A DNA stretch of 51,238 bases, filler included, from Circinaria calcarea (GCA_051942165.1; 3 parts of 3 records of this genome joined end to end with filler, not necessarily neighbours in it), one strand, 5' to 3'; shown: positions 1-12,704, counted from the whole stretch's first letter. A program made the numbers and translations. The notes: generated from the letters alone by a model not told the origin.

Positions 1-821
1 GGGGAATGATGTATTTGCGTTTGTATTTCTGTTTCTGTTTCTCTTCCCCTCCCCTTCGCTTTTCCCTCCCTTTTCCCTTCCCCTACACGTTTTAACGCCT
101 AATACTTAACGTTCCAAATAAAAAACCAGGCGGGCCCAAAAGGGCAAAAAGTGTCACGACCCCCCCGCAAAAACCCCCGAAACCCAGAAAAAGTACACTA
201 CCAGTAGGGAACTACAGTAGCAGGATTCGAGAGTTGTTGGGAGAATATGGGGACGAGGACGAGGATGAGGACGAGGATGGACTTTACGAGCTGCATACGA
301 GCTGAGCTGCACACCCGTTCCCTTTCTTTTCCCTTTATCTTGTTTTGGGGGTTTTTTCTTTTGTTTTTTGTTCTTTACACTCGGGAGTTTGAAAATTCCG
401 ATTCCCAAGCCCAAGCCCAAGAAGCAAGAAAAAACGAAGACGTTTCGTCCAAGGGTTCATTTCATGGTCTTGGGGGTTTTTTGGGGGGAGAGGGGCATAG
501 GATAGGATACTTCTCGAGATCCATGATTTCCAGGAATCCAATTTGTGAATAAGGGAGGGCGAGAGACGAGAGACGAGAGACGGCTCGGAAAGAAATTTTC
601 TGATGCAAACCATGGCATGGAGCTACCTACCTACCTACCTATAGCTATCTGGTTTCTGGTCTTCTGGTTTTCTGATTTCGGCCAGAAAAAAAAAGGGTAC
701 AGCCATCATGAGATCGACAAAAAGCCATCGTCTATAGCAAACCAGTCCAGGCCATCCACTACCCCCAAAAGCAATCTTCCACCATCCACCCTCTCTCGTC
801 CTCACTTCCTTCCCCACAACC

Positions 822-3460
822 TCAATGGCTGATATACTGAAACACGGCACTAACCGCCCTCTCCTTGGTCTCCTGCCTCAGCAACAAATCCTGAATGCCC
901 GCCAGGGGTCCTGCATCTCCATCATTGACAAAATGGTTCCAGCTGCTCGTGTCCCCATAAAGCATGGCCGGAGCCTTCATCCACTGACGCCCGTCGGCCT
1001 TGCACCGCTTACACTTGAACGTATCGTGCGTGTCACTCGTCGTGCCCGGTTTGAACTGAAACAGCTCCCGAAGCGAATCGAGGCTAAAATGGCGCTCGAC
1101 GTCTTCGGCGCTGTCGACGACGCACGACGAGAGCGACTGCTTGTGCGATTGGCGCTGGAAGATTTTCTCTTCAATGGTGCCCGTCGCGATGAAGCGATAC
1201 ACGAAACAGTCCTTTTTCTGGCCGTCGCGCCAGACCCGCGCGAGCGCTTGCTGGTCGGCAGCCGGGTTCCAGTCCGGGTCGAAGAGGACGAGCCGGTTGG
1301 CTCCGATGAGGTTGAGGCCACAGCCGCCGGCCTTACTGCTGAGAAGAAAGACAAACTCCTCGCCGTCCGGGTTGTTAAACTTGTCGACGAGCTTCTGACG
1401 CTTGCTGACGTTCATGGTGCCATCGAGGCGGAGGCAGCCGTAGCCGCGCGAGCGGCAGAGCTTGTCGAAGATATCCAGCGTTTGCGTGTAGTTGCTTATC
1501 AGGACGATCTTATCGTTGGTGTCCTGGCGGATGCGCGCCAGCATGCGGTCGAGCACCTGCATTTTTCCCGAGTACCAGGGCCGTACTTCTCGATCACGGC
1601 CGCGGGCATCCTTGGGGACGTAATCCTCTGGGAAATACCGTTCGGATCCCGGGAGATCATGCGAGAGGTCGAGTAAGTCGGGGTGATTGCACAGTTTCTT
1701 GAGCATGCCGATTGCTTTCAGAGGTTGGCTTCCTTTCCCGCGAAGAAGAGCTTTGATATCAGGGCTTTGGATAAAGTAGTTGTAGAGGTCCATTTGGAAC
1801 GGAGCGAGGTTGCAAAACACCACATGCTCGTATTTGACAGGAAGGTATTTGGAGAGGATATCATTGGTACGGCGAATAATGAATTTATTGACCAGGGTTA
1901 GGAGCCCGGCAAGACATTCATCTCCTTTCTTCCTATGTGCGTCTGTGCCAGCAGCATCGCGTCCTCGAAGAATTGGAAGCTCGTATTTTTTTCGAAAGTC
2001 GTTACGGGTACCCAAGTAGTTGGGATTGGCAAAATTGAGAAGGGAGAAATATTCAGACAAGTCGTTTTGAATCGGGGTCCCAGAAAGAATGACTCGACGA
2101 TCAACGTTCAGTCCATTGAGTGCCACAAAGGTTTGACTTTCGCCATTCTTCAGTCGATGACCTTCATCACAGAGCATGAGTCCGATCGGTGTATCCTTCA
2201 ACTCGTCCACATTGAGTCGAAGGGTCTCGTATGAGACAATGAGAACAGGTCGGACCACCGCTCGACCGCTCGAGATGCACCATTGTTTGAGTTGGGAAGT
2301 GAGCTCTGCTTTTGTTGCTTTCCCATCAACAACAAAAGGCGTCACTGCATCTTTGCCAAGCCACTTTACTAGTAATGGTCAATGAAGTAACTTGACTGAT
2401 CGAGCATATCGGCTCACCTAGTTCATTTGCCCAATTTCTCACTAGAGTCGAAGGGCATGCAATAACGCATTTCTGGATAGTAGGCTTTCCAGGATCGGGT
2501 GATTGTTTAAGCAACGTCCACATAAGAGTTATACATTGCAACTAGACCAATAAGCTGACGATTGCATATTAGAGCTACAAACCTCACCGTCTTCCCGAGA
2601 CCCATCTCATCTGCCATAATGCAACCCTTGGCATTCTTGTCTATGAGTCCCGTAGTGGCTCGGTACAGGAACTGAACCAACCCTGTCAGTTAAATGGCAG
2701 GTACAGTACAAAATAATTGATCAGTACCTTTACTCCCTCAACCTGATGTGGTCTCAGGACCTTTGCCAGCCTAGGATCAATCACAACAGGAATCTTTGGA
2801 CGGTCATCAACCTGTTTCTTGAGCCCCAGTATGTCTGCTAGACTCTTATGCATAATTGGAACATCCAGTTTCGGCTTTTCTTCCTCGGCAACTATCTTCT
2901 CCTCCTCCTTGCTCGTATCAGGCTTGTCATCAATGGTAGGGTCGTAAAGTACTATAGCAAACTCCCCGCCAGGATCATGCAACGGCTTAGCAATAAACAC
3001 TGCTCCTTGCCTCATACCCAATGTCGGTGCCGGCCGAAATGGATTGTAATTCCCAACATCCTTATTGATCAAGGGGACTGCAAATCGTTGTCGAAATTGC
3101 GTCTCTTTATCCTTCACCTTGAAGACCGGGAACTTATTGATGTCTCTATTGGCCAAGGCCAGTCTGTCCTCATTCGTCCATGGTTTATCGCCATCTTCAA
3201 CACTTCCATCCGTATCTGCGTAGCTTACCTTCCTACGCTTTCTGGCAGGCTTCTCGGACGCTCGAGTCGGGGTAGCTGTGCCAGGGCATTTGAAAGGGCG
3301 TGCAAGACGGTCGATTGACTGGGAACCACCGCCATAGAGCCGCGTAGCCTTCTGGGCGATAGGCGTGTTCTCCTTGTCGGCTGAAGGAGGTACGGTTTTC
3401 GGTCTATGCCTAATCTCGCTCATTAATGGATCTTGGTAGTAGCTCAAAAGACTCATACAT
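822..3460 (-). CDS. RAD54: DNA repair/recombination SNF2 ATPase Rad54 (spliced)
   Basis: Spliced reading gives [75 protein letters not shown] stop. Three internal GT-AG introns between 2369 and 2727. Start is either ATG 3423 or a split AT^G at 3460 (see findings). Confidence 0.95.
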
Positions 3461-3548
3461 GGCTCCACCGTTGACCTGTATACAACACGTGGACTGGAAG
3501 CCACGAAAGATGGGAAGTGCTGTTAAATTGTCGTTGCAGTATACGAAG

Positions 3549-3582
3549 ACGCGCGATTGAGGTATTTACTCGAGTGACGCGA
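3549..3582. promoter_or_regulatory. MCB-like ACGCG elements upstream of RAD54
   Basis: ACGCG at 3549 and ACGCGA at 3577, about 90-120 bp upstream of the RAD54 start in a short divergent intergenic region. Confidence 0.55.
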
Positions 3583-3883
3583 TCAGTTTCGCCGCAAGCA
3601 CAGGAGAGCACGTGATCGTACCTGACCCTTTGCCCGGCCTGGACTTGGGAATTCTTTGAGAGGGGTCATCACCGGCCAAATCATCTGTCTGGTCTACGCT
3701 GGCGCTTTCTGTATGCTCATAGTACATCACTACCACATGGACAAGACAGCACCGAGTCTCAAGGTCCTTGCTGATGGAAAGAAAGACTACGTGAAACTTG
3801 CCATCTGTTAAGAAGCAGGCTTTCAGCTTCTATCCGAGTTTCTCTTCCAGTTACCTTATGGTAAAAGGAATTATCTTGAAATT

Positions 3884-4979
3884 ATGTCGGCAGACTTCTG
3901 GGCTGGTTACCTTAGTGGTGCAGCTGGAATATTGATAGGGAACCCTCTCGACCTGGTAAAGGTCCGCCTCCAAGCTGGCAAGTGCAGTACCAGTCCCGAT
4001 AGGGTCCCATTATCAGCTTCTCAGCATAGGAGTTTCAGTTCGCTACTTAGAGGTCTGTTCCTTTGAGAGCTTCGCATATAAAAAGATTTCAGGCGTTGAT
4101 CAACAATTAGAGCCCTACAGGCTCTACTGCGCCAATCGTTGGCTACGGAGCCCTTAATGCCCTTCTCTTCATTACTTATAATCGGACCTTGCTGCTCCTG
4201 GATCCTTACATTACTGATCCAACGAACCTTGACGGGGTAAGCCTACTTCAGATTTCGTTTGCGGGCGCATCTGGGGGCCTTGCAACTTGGATTGTCTCTG
4301 CTCCAACGGAACTCATCAAATGCAGGACGCAGTTGCACTCTGAAGGCAGCGGCTCGTGGACAGTCGCCAAAGACGTATGGCGGTTGAAAGGCCTGAAAGG
4401 CTTCTACCTTGGAGGTGGAGTGACAAGTGTTCGTGATGTAGTCGGATATGGCTTCTAGTAGGTGACTCCACCCCCGGAATATAGAAGAGACAACAGTTAA
4501 GTATAGCAAAGTTTCTGGTCTTATGAACTTTGTAAACGATACTTGCATGTGGAAGCCGAGTCTAGTCAGCACGCAGCCTGGAGAGTATTGTTGTGTGGTG
4601 GCATCGCCGGTGTAGTAACCTGGGCTTCGATTTTCCCGCTAGATGTGATCAAGACCAGGCTACAGACCCAAGCCATATATCGAGGACGCGGAGAAAGGGG
4701 TCAACAACAACCTTTGTTGGAGGTATCAAGAAATACTACCAGCACCGATTCAAGCCGCCAGAGAGGAGCTTGGAGAATCGCAAAGGAAGCTTATAGACAG
4801 GAAGGCTTGAAGGTGTTTTTTCGCGGTTTGGGAGTTTGTAGCATCAGAGCCTTCATAGTGAATGCTGTGCAGGTAAGTTACCTTTGTACTTCAACTTACG
4901 TGTGGAGAAGGACGACTGATGTTGTAAGTGGGCGGTATATGAGTGGACCATGCGTGCTCTGAAACCAGCAGATGTTTAG
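3884..4979 (+). CDS. Mitochondrial carrier family (SLC25) protein, carnitine/basic amino acid carrier-like; 4 exons
   Basis: Three Px[DE]xx[KR]x[RK] signatures (PLDLVKVRLQ, PTELIKCRTQ, PLDVIKTRLQ). Introns at about 4053-4120, 4458-4511 and 4873-4928. Last exon WAVYEWTMRALKPADV stop. Confidence 0.9.
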
Positions 4980-6799
4980 AATGAGAAGTGATAGAAGAAA
5001 GTTCGGAACAAGCACAGTCACATCACATGATTCAAAGTAGGAGCGGCTGCTCCAAAACCCAGCAATGCATCATATCTGTCTGGCTAGTATTTGTTGATAG
5101 GTAGGATAAGTATAGGATTGAGAGAGTGAAAATTCAAGGGCTATGTCTCCTTAACTCCCTTCGTCTCATCCCGTTGCGTCTCAGGTAAGATCGATAAGTC
5201 AAGATTTGCCCATAGCTCCATGAAGCTTTTGGCCACTGTTTGCGTCGCTTAGCATGCGTCTTCGAGAAACGTGGAAGGCAGCCTACCCAGTGTTGGCAAT
5301 GCCTTCGGTACGACCAGATGCAGACTGAGAATTGGACTTGTAGTTCGAGGTGCCGCCACTATTTCCAGGATCAGCCGCGGATCTTCTTCCTGGTGTTTGT
5401 TAATTACCAACCGAGTGGTCTCTTCTTTGAGTCTCTGCTGAGTAGATTTCATGTTGTTTGGAGTAATGTCCTCCCCACCCTCTGCTCAGTCGTTAGTCTA
5501 GTGTTTACTCTTAGGGCTATTCTTGAACAAGGCTGGCAGAACGGAAATTATCGAGTGAGGGCTGTCGGGAGCTGTCATACTATTAGATATGTTTTGACGT
5601 CCGGCCGAAGACATGTTGCTGAGGTATAAATCCAAATGCTTTCCGCGACCTGAATTTAAGTTGTCAAGTAGAGTTTGCTAGTCAAGGTATTCCTGACATC
5701 AGCTCTAAGATGCGGAGGAAGCAACCCCCACTTTATACCCAAAGGAGTGCCCCTCCTTCGGGCCACATCATCAGCATGACCATCTCTCGACCTCGAAGTT
5801 TCCGAAACCCGCATAATCTCTACAGCTGGTGACATGACTTTTGCATGTGTACGCAGACGCTGTGGCCGGGCTAGTTGCAGGTCTTGGTGCCCAAAGCTGT
5901 TATGGCAGCAATGCCTTGACAGAGCTTGTAAGCAGATCGGAAGCGGAGCAATCTGATTGCTTCTCCCGACACATGAGAAGAGCCTTGGGAGTATAGTTTA
6001 TGAAGCACAAGTGCGATAAGCTGCTCCTGTTTGAGGTATGGCACGCAGGAAGGGAGAGCTAGGGTAGATGCATGTCGATGAACGAGTGTTCGTCGCTTGA
6101 CAACTGCCAGTTTCCCGCGTCATTTGGCACCGACCATGAATGTTGGATCATGTAAAACGTAACATGATCCTCCACCAAACTTATGGTAGGTTTAGAACAC
6201 TGATCTTATTGATGTACATTTGGCCCGATTCCGATGAGGCTGCAAGATTAGTGCCTGACTTTCTGCAGCTTGGGACGGGTCGGCGAGGCCGTAGTTTCCC
6301 AAGAACGTATATAGATAAGACTGGTTGTGTTCGGTGTTGGCAGATGCTCTGATATGCGAGGTGATCTTATAATCTGCTGTATTGGTAAAATGGGTTGCTG
6401 GCCGTCGGTAATATTTCATGACCAGGTACTACCTCGAGAATTGGGTCAGATGTGACTGTTGTCAAACCACTGGGCATCAGTTGATGATGTTTGTTATATA
6501 ACTAGAAGAACCCGCGGTTATGGCTTTGGTTTGCTTCTTACTTCAAGGGATCGAGCAAACCCTTGATAGGGCTGACCCCTATTCTAACCTGAGGCTCTGC
6601 GGGATTAAGCGAGATTCTAGAATAGCGCCGTCCGCGTGCATGACGGCTCGATTCGCCCCAACTCCATCAACTCGCAATTGATGTTGACAATACCTCACCA
6701 AGTCATCTATCCTGTCTATAGACATGGATCCGGGCAAGCGACATCACCTCCGTCACTTAACATCAGACCTCTCGGTTTCTTTCTCGTCTGAAATCGCGG

Positions 6800-8457
6800 A
6801 TGCACGATAGCGACTGTCAAACATCTCTCGAGCCACAAGATTCGGCTCCCCTACCGGGTGGCTGCGTCGACCCCTCAGTTTCGTGGATGCGTCCGAAAGG
6901 AGATGACGGAAATTGGGACTTAACCGCGGTGATTGATCTTATATATACTCTATCAGCCAGCAAGGACGAAGGAGCCAACGTTAATGTCCCACAGCCGAGT
7001 TATACATCGCAGCCAACCACACCTATTCGAGAAGATGATGATCAGGAATACCAGCTTGGTAACTTTGATAGGCTCTGGCAGTTTCTTGAACAACCTTTAA
7101 ATGTCGAGCCACCCACGGTCATACCTCTGAGTGATAGCGATAGGGAGGCGATAACAGTGGAGGATAGCAACCTCGAGGTTGTCAATGCGAAAGGTGTACG
7201 ATGGCGGGATGAAGTGGAAGGTGCCGATCTTGAAGAGAATGACGAGATAGGTGATACCAATGGTCTTGTGGAGCTTAGCAAAGCCCAAAGGAAGAAGAAA
7301 CGTCACAGAAAACGACAACAGGAGCTTCAGATCAATTTAATTTCCCGACCAAATACCCCGCCAGCACCTAGCGACAATGAGTCCGAAAGTGAGCCGACTA
7401 AGCTGCAGCGTTCCAACGGTCGAAGAAGCATCATTGATCACATACTCCATGGCAGACCTCCGGGCCAGATTAGCAAGGATGCCGTGACAACCCTAGGCTC
7501 ACCTCAGGATAAACACCCATTGAGATCTACGACTGTATTTGGTGACAATGGATTGCCGATTTCAAATCCAGCAGCGATCCCATTATCGGTTGGAGTACAA
7601 ATGCTTGGAGAGCAGGAACCCTTGGCTATAGCTGCTGCTAATAAGATCAGGTTAATGAGTATGATCTATAATACGTTTGTGGATGAGAGACAATATCTGA
7701 GCAACTTTGGTATCACGAACAATTTTCCTTGTGGTATCAACGGGGATGTGCCAGATGGTGTGCATGTCTTTGTCGATGCATCGAATGTGGGTATCTTACT
7801 AGCGTGCCCATTGATTTCCTGGCTGCTCACGCGCTGCAGATTATGATAGGTTTTCATGATGCCTTGAAATTTTCACGTGGTCTTCCACTTTGCTCTCGCA
7901 TTGGGCGTCAGCCATTTTCTTTTCATAATTTTTCTCTTGTTCTAGAACGCGGACGACCGGTAGCGAAGCGAGTCCTTGTCGGATCGGACAACTTTCCAGC
8001 AATTCAAGAAGCCAAATTGTTAGGCTATGAAACGAATATACTCGATCGAGTACACAAAGCAAAGGAGCTTACTCCTCGACAGAAAAAGTATCGCAATGGC
8101 AACGGCACCTCGGGCGCTTCTAGTGGATCGGAAACGAACGCTACACATGCGCCGGAGAAGTGGGTCGAGCAGGCCGTGGACGAAATTCTACACCTGAAGA
8201 TCCTCGAAAGTGTTGTTGATGCGCACGAGCCTTCTATCATTGTTCTTGCCACGGGGGATGCAGCCGAGGCTGAGTACTCTGGAGGCTTTCTCAAGATGGT
8301 TGAGCGAGCGTTGCAAAAAGGGTGGAAAGTGGAGTTGGTCAGTTTTCGCAGAAACATCAGTTCGGCATACAAGCGGAACGAGTTTCGGAGCAAATGGGGG
8401 CCATCGTTTAAGATTATTGAGCTGGATGATTTCGTCGAAGAGTTGCGTGGTGTTTGA
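6800..8457 (+). CDS. NYN/PIN-like (LabA/DUF88-type) domain protein with long disordered N-terminus
   Basis: Intron 7787-7839 joins VHVFVDASN to IMIGFHD. Acidic motifs VDASN, EQAVDEILH and LATGD, followed by GWKVELVSF, fit a PIN/NYN fold. Confidence 0.75.
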
Positions 8458-9705
8458 TGTTTCTGTTGTTTGCTTTCCAATGTTCGACGCAAGAAGACGT
8501 CTATTTTCCTAGGAGTGTATGCAATCCGACTGGAAAGTAAATAAGGGGGGGGGGTTGGGGATTTTCTGGATGGATTGACGGAGCTTCAGGGTATTTAAAT
8601 CGCCTTCATGATTAACAGGAGCACGGCAAAGATTTGTTGACCAGACCCGCTCGAACCTGGCTCAGTGTCCTTGCTCAGTTGAACCGTTCTTGAACGTGGG
8701 TTTTACAATCTCTACCGCCAGCCAAAAGCAACTTTCCCCTTTTCAACAAGTACACTACTTGACCAAGTCCCCCCCAACCAGCATCCCTCACCTCTCTTAT
8801 TCCTCCCGTTTTTTCCCTTTGACCTCTTGCAACCGTACCCATTCTCAACCCTGTGCACCTCCATGCAAGCCCGCTCCAAAAAAAAGCAAGAAAGAAAGAA
8901 AGCTCTTGCAAAAAAGGGGTCCCCGGCAACCTCTTCCTTGCTGATATGGAAAACTAAAGAAGGCTTGGGTTTTGGGCGTTTGAAGGAGCAGGGACAGGGG
9001 CAGGGGTGGGTGAAGAATTGAAAATGTGTAATGCGTTATTCATATTCAGGGAAAAACAATTTAGTCCGCTCGAGGCAAGAAAAGGTAGAAATAAGGTCGG
9101 AGGGGCATTATATTCCATCTATATCAAGATCCTGTAGGATCTTCAAACCATAATTTCTATATTATCTTATATAAAGTTCTCTTGACACCAAACTTTTCTA
9201 CTTTTTAGCTTAATCCCAATTCTCGAACGCCTTGGGGCTCCAGCATTGCCTTTTTTGCTCGTATTTCGCCAATATCAACACAATATCCCTCCCTCCCTCC
9301 CTCCCTTGACGATCTCTATAATAGATGTCGGCGTGGTCCCCTCTTGCAATCAATCATAAAAGGCAAAAGGGCCCAAACGGGAAGTTCTGAAATCATACAG
9401 AAAGCCTGGAAGATACAACCGGAGGGATGCCCCTCCATATTACTTCCTGGTCTTTCCGAGACATTTTATAGCCTTTGCTGAAGGGACCTGTTATGGCTGC
9501 GGTCACAATCACACGAGGACCGAGTTCGAGTGCGGGATATAACAGGCTGCGGGGAAATCTGCAAGTATCCGGAGCTTATAGGTGCGCTTGGATGACGGAG
9601 ATGCTCGAGTCGATGTTAGGGAACGAGATGTCTTGGCTGTACATGAATGTAGGGTATCCGCCCATAGGGGTCGCCACCCATCACTTGAAAAAGGATGAAT
9701 GGTGA

Positions 9706-11559
9706 TCAATGATGCCCGTAGTCACCTCTCTCGGCTAGCGTATTCTGACATTGAGCCAAGATAGCAGCCTGTCGGCCAACCTCGGCCAGCTTGCCAATGA
9801 CCTCTTTATTTCCATCGACGAAGCCATACAATGCATACGGTATCCCAACCTCTTCGCAAAACTCCTGCACGAGCTTTTGCGTTCTCCGAAGGTTGTGCCG
9901 TGGTATCTGAGGATATAGGTGGTGTATGGCTTGAAATTGGAGACCTCCGTGGAAGAAATCCAGCCACTCGGGGCAGTCCACGTCCATTGTTGTTCGAAGC
10001 ATCTTCTGAGGGAATGATTCGTCGACTCCCAGATCCGCCGTGCTCATTGCGAAATGGCTAAGAGTGATCTGAACGTGTAGTGAAGCCGTGACCATATGGC
10101 TGACCATGATGAATGCCAACCGCCCACTGGCCGTGGGTATACACCTGTAGACAACGCCATAACCAAATCAGGTCCAAAAGAAGACTTGGCCGGCAATCTC
10201 TAACCACCTGTGCCACCAGGCAGGACCTTTCCTCGGTCCAAGTCCGAGTATCAGATACTCCCAACTTAAGCGATAGAGGTTGAATCGGCCAAGAGTGAGG
10301 ATAGGGTAATAGAGATACTTTTGATATCGTACGGCAAACTTTGCCAGAGTATCATAAGTCATGATCCGATCGTAATATGTACTTCGGAGAGACTCGAAAA
10401 AACGATGGGATATAGCCAAAAAGGGCATGTGCTCGATATCGGGATCATGTTCGGGTGAATTCGTTACAATGTGATGGACGTTATGATTCCTTTTCCACCA
10501 TCCCAGACTTAAGCCACCCAGAAAATCGGCAATGACGATGCCGATGATGGTATCAACGGTGAAATTGTGTGTAATACCCATGTGGCCTGCATCATGGGCA
10601 GTGAAAACCAATTGGTGCCAGAACATGCCGAGGAAAAGTCCACTCAGAGCATACCATCCGCGGCGTAAGCTCAATAGAAACATACTGAACAAGAAGGTAT
10701 ATCGACAGATTTCAACAAGGTAGGATGTGTAATTACATTGGTATAATCCTTCGAGGCGTATCCGCTGATCCAAGGCTCGATACCGGCGAGTGATATCATC
10801 TTGTGTTACTGGATCAAGCCGAGGGTATTTCGCAAGATCCAGTTCTAGCTCTCGTTGCGTATGAGAATCCAGGTGCACTTTCTTGTCTTCCTCGTCTATC
10901 CCGGTGATATCTAGGGATGAAAAAGATGAAATGGACGAAGCGTCATCATCTGCCATATGCTGTTCGTTTCGCCTTCTGATTCCTTCGGATCCAAAGATCA
11001 TGGTGTCGAAGACGGGAGAGTTCGAGAGAGAAGTGCTGTGACTCGAGCTCTCCTGTACCGAGACCACCTCACCCTCACCCTCATCCTCAACCCTGTCCTC
11101 CTCCTCCTCAAAGGGTCTGAATCGACCGCCTTGTATCGGAGGTAAGAAATTTGTCCATCGACCTCGAATTGAGCCAATTTGGTACGCATCCATGCGTAGT
11201 TGAGCCTCTGGAGAGTGCAGCCTATCCGCGGCATTAGTAATCTGCTACTCCGTAGAAATACAATACAAGTAGCGTGCCAGCTTCACCTACGCATTGACTT
11301 CATCGGTAGCATCTCTCCCTACCATGTGCATAATTGCTTTGTCACCCCCAGGATAGTATCTCAGCCAAGTGTCGACCTGACGCCCAAGGGTAAGATTTCT
11401 ACCAGTCTTGATCAAGGTGACGAGATATACCTTCAAGACCTTTCCGTCCACGATTATTATTGCCCTGCCTTCGGCAATGAGCCCCTCAATCTTGCGTCGT
11501 GACATAATCGCATCTTTGCGGATTATCGACCAATGAGAAGTGTCTGATATTGGCATCAT
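9706..11559 (-). pseudogene. Cytochrome b5-fused sphingolipid delta-8 desaturase-like gene with in-frame TGA and lost heme His
   Basis: His boxes HDAGH, HNVHH and QAIHH. The b5 domain reads WLRYYPGGDKAIMHMVGRDATDEV. Two introns (11377-11430, about 11222-11289). ORFs 10168-11193 and 9706-10119 are in the same frame, separated by one TGA at 10168-10170 in FFWT*FGYG. Confidence 0.75.
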
Positions 11560-12164
11560 TTTTACGCCGGTGGGACTGGGTGTACTATCAATCTTGTCAA
11601 CGGTCTGGAGAGGCTCAAGACATTGTCAATTGGGATGGGCTGGCAGTTGTCCGGAAGATGTTTGATGATTGATTTTGAGAATTCCCGGCTGGCTTATTAG
11701 CAGCAAGGTGGAAGCGAAGGGTATCAGTATCACTCCCTCAATGCTGTCAGTTTTGTTGTGGAACTTTATTCCCCCGTCTTGAATGGATATACGACACTAA
11801 GCTTGAATTGGCTTTAGCTACTTACTGGTATGCACTTCATCAGAGGCCAAGAACACACCGAGAGAACACACTCTCTTCACCATTGGAATAGTACTGTAAT
11901 CAACTCACTGCTATAGAGAATCGAAAGGGCTTCCGGCATAAGGCATCTTCACGCTTCACACATCGCTACCCTCCACAAGGGAGCAAAGGGCACGACAAAG
12001 CTCATTTCCATATCTATCACAGAGCAGCATTCGATTGGTACAGGTAGAATTTGCTTGCGACAGAATTATCTAATTAGTCCCCACCGATAATCCTCCCACT
12101 AAAGACGAGGCCTGAGCCATGTTGGTCTCTAATTATATGCTCCCCCAAAAGCTTCTTTTCTCCC

Positions 12165-12704
12165 TCACATGCTGAGTGAATTCGCGCATAGAACTAAAGG
12201 TTTCTCTGCTTCCATCTCATAAGCCAATCCCGACACAGTCAGCTCTATCAAGTCGTTCGCCCCAACCGTGCTCCGCCCTCCTAGACGTCTGCGAGTCCGG
12301 CTTAGAATGCAACTTCGTGTTATCTCCAGCACCCTAGTGGATATTTCAATCAGTGTCGTCGTCTCGACAGGATTCCCTTGTGCAAGAATATCGATTGTGA
12401 CCTTGCAGGTTCTATGGTGCCAACTGTAGGGCAGTCCAGTCCCTCGAGCCGGCCTACGAGAGAAGTGTATAGTAGTCAAGCTATCGTCGCATAGCAGAGT
12501 TTGCGCTGCACGAACACAGTCAGAAGGTACGATGGGGAAGAAAGCTGCTGTAGGGTATGAGGGAAAATAACGTTGCTCGAAGCAGTCGACAGTGTGACGG
12601 CGTTTCGCGAGGACATTTGTGGGATGGTGGGGGTTTGGTGACATGGGATAAGCAAGCAAAGGAGAACTTAGCAAAGGCAGGAACAAGATAGAGTACCAGA
12701 ACAT
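12165..12704 (-). CDS. Small secreted cysteine-containing protein, unknown function
   Basis: Single-exon ORF. Hydrophobic signal-like N-terminus MFWYSILFLPLLSSPLLA, dibasic KRR site, six Cys. An alternative upstream ATG lies at 12752. Confidence 0.65.
   Translation of the reverse strand: MFWYSILFLPLLSSPLLAYPMSPNPHHPTNVLAKRRHTVDCFEQRYFPSYPTAAFFPIVPSDCVRAAQTLLCDDSLTTIHFSRRPARGTGLPYSWHHRTCKVTIDILAQGNPVETTTLIEISTRVLEITRSCILSRTRRRLGGRSTVGANDLIELTVSGLAYEMEAEKPLVLCANSLSM

Noticed and set aside
1..820. Short ORFs and GACGAG / GCCCAA / CTAC repeats
   Set aside because: Homopolymer- and microsatellite-rich 3' flank of RAD54. The ORFs are compositional artefacts; similar tracts occur at 8675-9300 and 29700-30720.
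825..1676. 283-aa plus-strand ORF
   Set aside because: Antisense shadow of GC-rich RAD54 coding sequence. The same applies to ORFs opposite MCM6, the SNF2 gene, EGT1 and NMD3.
5140..5630. Possible small spliced minus-strand gene (GTAGGC..GCTAAG..CAG intron near 5237-5287)
   Set aside because: No clear start or recognisable product; cannot be supported without transcripts.
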